A DNA stretch of 64,000 bases from Azolla caroliniana (taxonomy: Eukaryota; Plantae; Polypodiophyta): positions 20,708,001-20,772,000 of the forward strand of contig JBHGNT010000008.1 of NCBI GenBank assembly GCA_043228905.1. Direction: 5' to 3'. How positions within the stretch are numbered: position 1 is the stretch's first letter; each line of letters begins with the position of its first letter. Positions 61,701-64,000 of the stretch are shown here, in pieces. Under the pieces are notes generated by a model. It was not told where the DNA came from. It worked only from the letters and a program-made list of their open reading frames with translations, and searched no databases. Position numbers and translations under genes: made by a program.

Positions 61701-62681
61701 AATTTTGCACTTTTTGAATGATCAAAGATTCCGAAATTCCCAGAGAAGGATCAAGAGATTGTTCTCAAACTAAAACCTCCAAAAAATAATATCTTCTCCC
61801 TGTTCTTCCTTGACAGACTTCTCAATGACATATTTGTTTAAAATTAGGTTAAATTTGATGTTTAGCTTGACAGGAATTCATTTCAACGAAATCAAAAATC
61901 ATTCAAGTGAAATTTCAAACAAAATCACTGATAAAGCCAGGTCTTTCTTCTTCTTGGACAGACTTCTTGATTGTGTTTGTTTCTAAGCTGTTAGTTAAAA
62001 TTGAAACCTTTTACACACAGAGAAAATACATCAGAGTAAAATCAAGAGATCATTCGACCAGATTTAGAACAGATTCTCATTTTCCAGCTTCAATGGAAAA
62101 CCTCGAACTAGAGCAGGAAATAGAGACTAATTATGACTTTAGAATGACAGTAAATAGTTCAGAGGAAGATCACAAGATCAATCGGAAAGTATTTTGATTC
62201 CAATTTCAACAGAAGCCTCAAAGGTTTCAGCGGGAAACAGAAACTTAGTCATAAGTTTCTCATAGGAAGATCAGGATATCATTAAAACACGAACTTCCGA
62301 TAAACCAGATTCAATGGATACCTCGGAAATTTGACACGTAATAGGAAATCGCTCAGGAACACCTCAGAGAAAGCTCACGGGATCATTTCAATCAATTTTA
62401 CAAGAAGGCTTCCATTTCCAAGGGAAAAACCTTCGAAATGAAGCAGGAAACAGATTTTCCAAACAGATCTCCAATTCTGATGGGAAAACTTTCGAAATGG
62501 AGCACAGGGAACAGAGGAAACATACCGTGGAGAAGCGATGTCGATTACGAGAGTTACTGTTCGTATTGTAGAGAGGACGGGGAACGCCGCCTTCATCGTG
62601 GCCTTCTTCTGCAGGGGAGGAGAAGAAGCCACCATCGTCGTCGTTGCTCAGCAGATCCATGGCGTTCTTCTCAGACCTCAT
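58735..62681 (-). CDS. FLOE1-like / DUF1421 (UBA-like) protein with coiled coil and Q/P-rich disordered region, ~560 aa; exons 62681-62526, 60509-60240, 59991-58735
   Basis: Phase-0 GT-AG introns. SSVEKAMKNYADGVLRILDG.S.RLSQVE and EVQRSIQILRDKQ family motifs, long polyQ/P region, C-terminal IIEKVCTMGFSREQVQSVIRRLLEKGQSVDMNLVLDILMN. Start could be 62660. Confidence 0.88.
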
Positions 62682-62704
62682 CGCATGTACATATACGTAG
62701 ACCG

Positions 62705-62986
62705 TATGTATGTAATGTATGTATGTATGTATGTATGTATGTATGTATGTATGTATGTATAGTATCTATGTTTGTATGGTATGCTATGTATGTATGTATG
62801 TATAGTATCTATGTTTGTATGGTATGCTATGTATGTATGTATGTATAGTATCTATGTTTGTATGGTATGCTATGTATGTATGTATGTATAGTATCTATGT
62901 TTGTATGGTATGTATGTATGTATGTATGTATGTATGTATGTATATATGTATGCATAAATGTATAGTATCTATGTTTGTATGGTATG

Positions 62987-63025
<39 letters not shown>
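62705..63025. repeat. Compound (TATG)n microsatellite with a 43-bp higher-order unit x5, ending in (GT)n
   Basis: tatagtatctatgtttgtatggtatg unit starts at 62758, 62801, 62844, 62887 and 62961. Confidence 0.9.
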
Positions 63026-63026
<1 letters not shown>

Positions 63027-64000
63027 CTCTTCTTTCTTCTTCTTAGGGTTTTGCTAGTACATGGTGGCCTAATCTTCCATTGGTTTCTCGAAGATGAGGT
63101 TCTTGCTTTTGAACCCTCCACATATCCAATATTGCCTCCACTCGTTCTGATTTAAGTGTACATAGTAATGACTAGGACAATTTAGCAATGTAATAATCGA
63201 GACATGTAGTGGTATTGTCTTTAGTAATATAGATGGATGTTAACTATCTATGTGCATACATTTTTCTATGAATGTGTGTGTATCCATGTTGATCAACTAT
63301 CGAGGAAAGTCATCTACCTCCGCGTCCGTTTACGACAGGACCTTGAACTCCTTGCCATAGGTTTGAATTTGAGCTCGACCTGGAAATTGTTATTGATTTA
63401 TTATTGGCAGTCGTCCTTTGATTGGCCATATGCGTCATTTTGTTATCCTTTTGTGTTTTTTATGTCTCTCTTCTTCCTATTGTGGTAGGAATATGTTGAT
63501 GATGATGATAGGAAACCCTAATATGAGGTAAACACCCACAAAAGAAATGTATAGACTTTTGTGTTTGTTATGTCTCAAGTCATGACATGGTCACATTTAT
63601 GCCCTTCTATTTATTGTTTCTAATTATTTGGAGGGTTTCATCTCACATTGAGGTAGATCGTATATGTATGTATATGGTTAAACTTATATCTATGTGTATA
63701 CATGTATATATCCTTGCTATGTATGTGTATGTAAGGAATCAAGATTGTTTGTATATGCATAAAGGTACAAATGCACGCAATATTCATGTTGCAACTAAAG
63801 TTCTGACATCGTGATCTTGTAGATATATTGAATGTGGATAAATTCGTGAAATTCTTCCTTCAAGCTTACATTGTAGTGGTAACCAAATTTTTTACTAGTA
63901 CTAGTTTATTCTGTAAATGAATATGTATGTATTATCAAAAAGATGCATATATAGGTTCGCGTATATCGCAATCCTAAGTCGTGTTTGTAGAAATTACGAG

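Overview
Eukaryotic land-plant nuclear DNA, AT-rich and TE-rich. The long intronless PLS-PPR genes and their style suggest a fern or other seed-free plant; this is an inference. Genes: an intronless clade-A AHL (AT-hook/PPC) factor, a 2-exon small thaumatin-like protein, a RING-H2 ATL E3 ligase, three PLS-class PPR genes ending in the E domain (no DYW), a 7-exon UDP-xylose-transporter-like gene with a U12-type intron, and a 3-exon FLOE1-like (DUF1421) Q-rich gene. A decayed BRR2 helicase fragment lies between two of the PPR genes. Mobile DNA: (1) a very young, full-length Ty1/copia element (304-bp LTRs with 1 mismatch, TTAGG TSD, a single in-frame stop) nested in the endonuclease domain of a near full-length decayed L1-type LINE; (2) a 5'-truncated LINE; (3) a 2.74-kb non-autonomous MULE with ~240-bp TIRs and a 9-bp TSD; (4) several old LTR remnants. 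The MULE is the most unusual object. It appears to carry a decayed 3-exon gene of unknown family that reads inward from the right TIR, and both arms have duplicated the same inner TIR segment.
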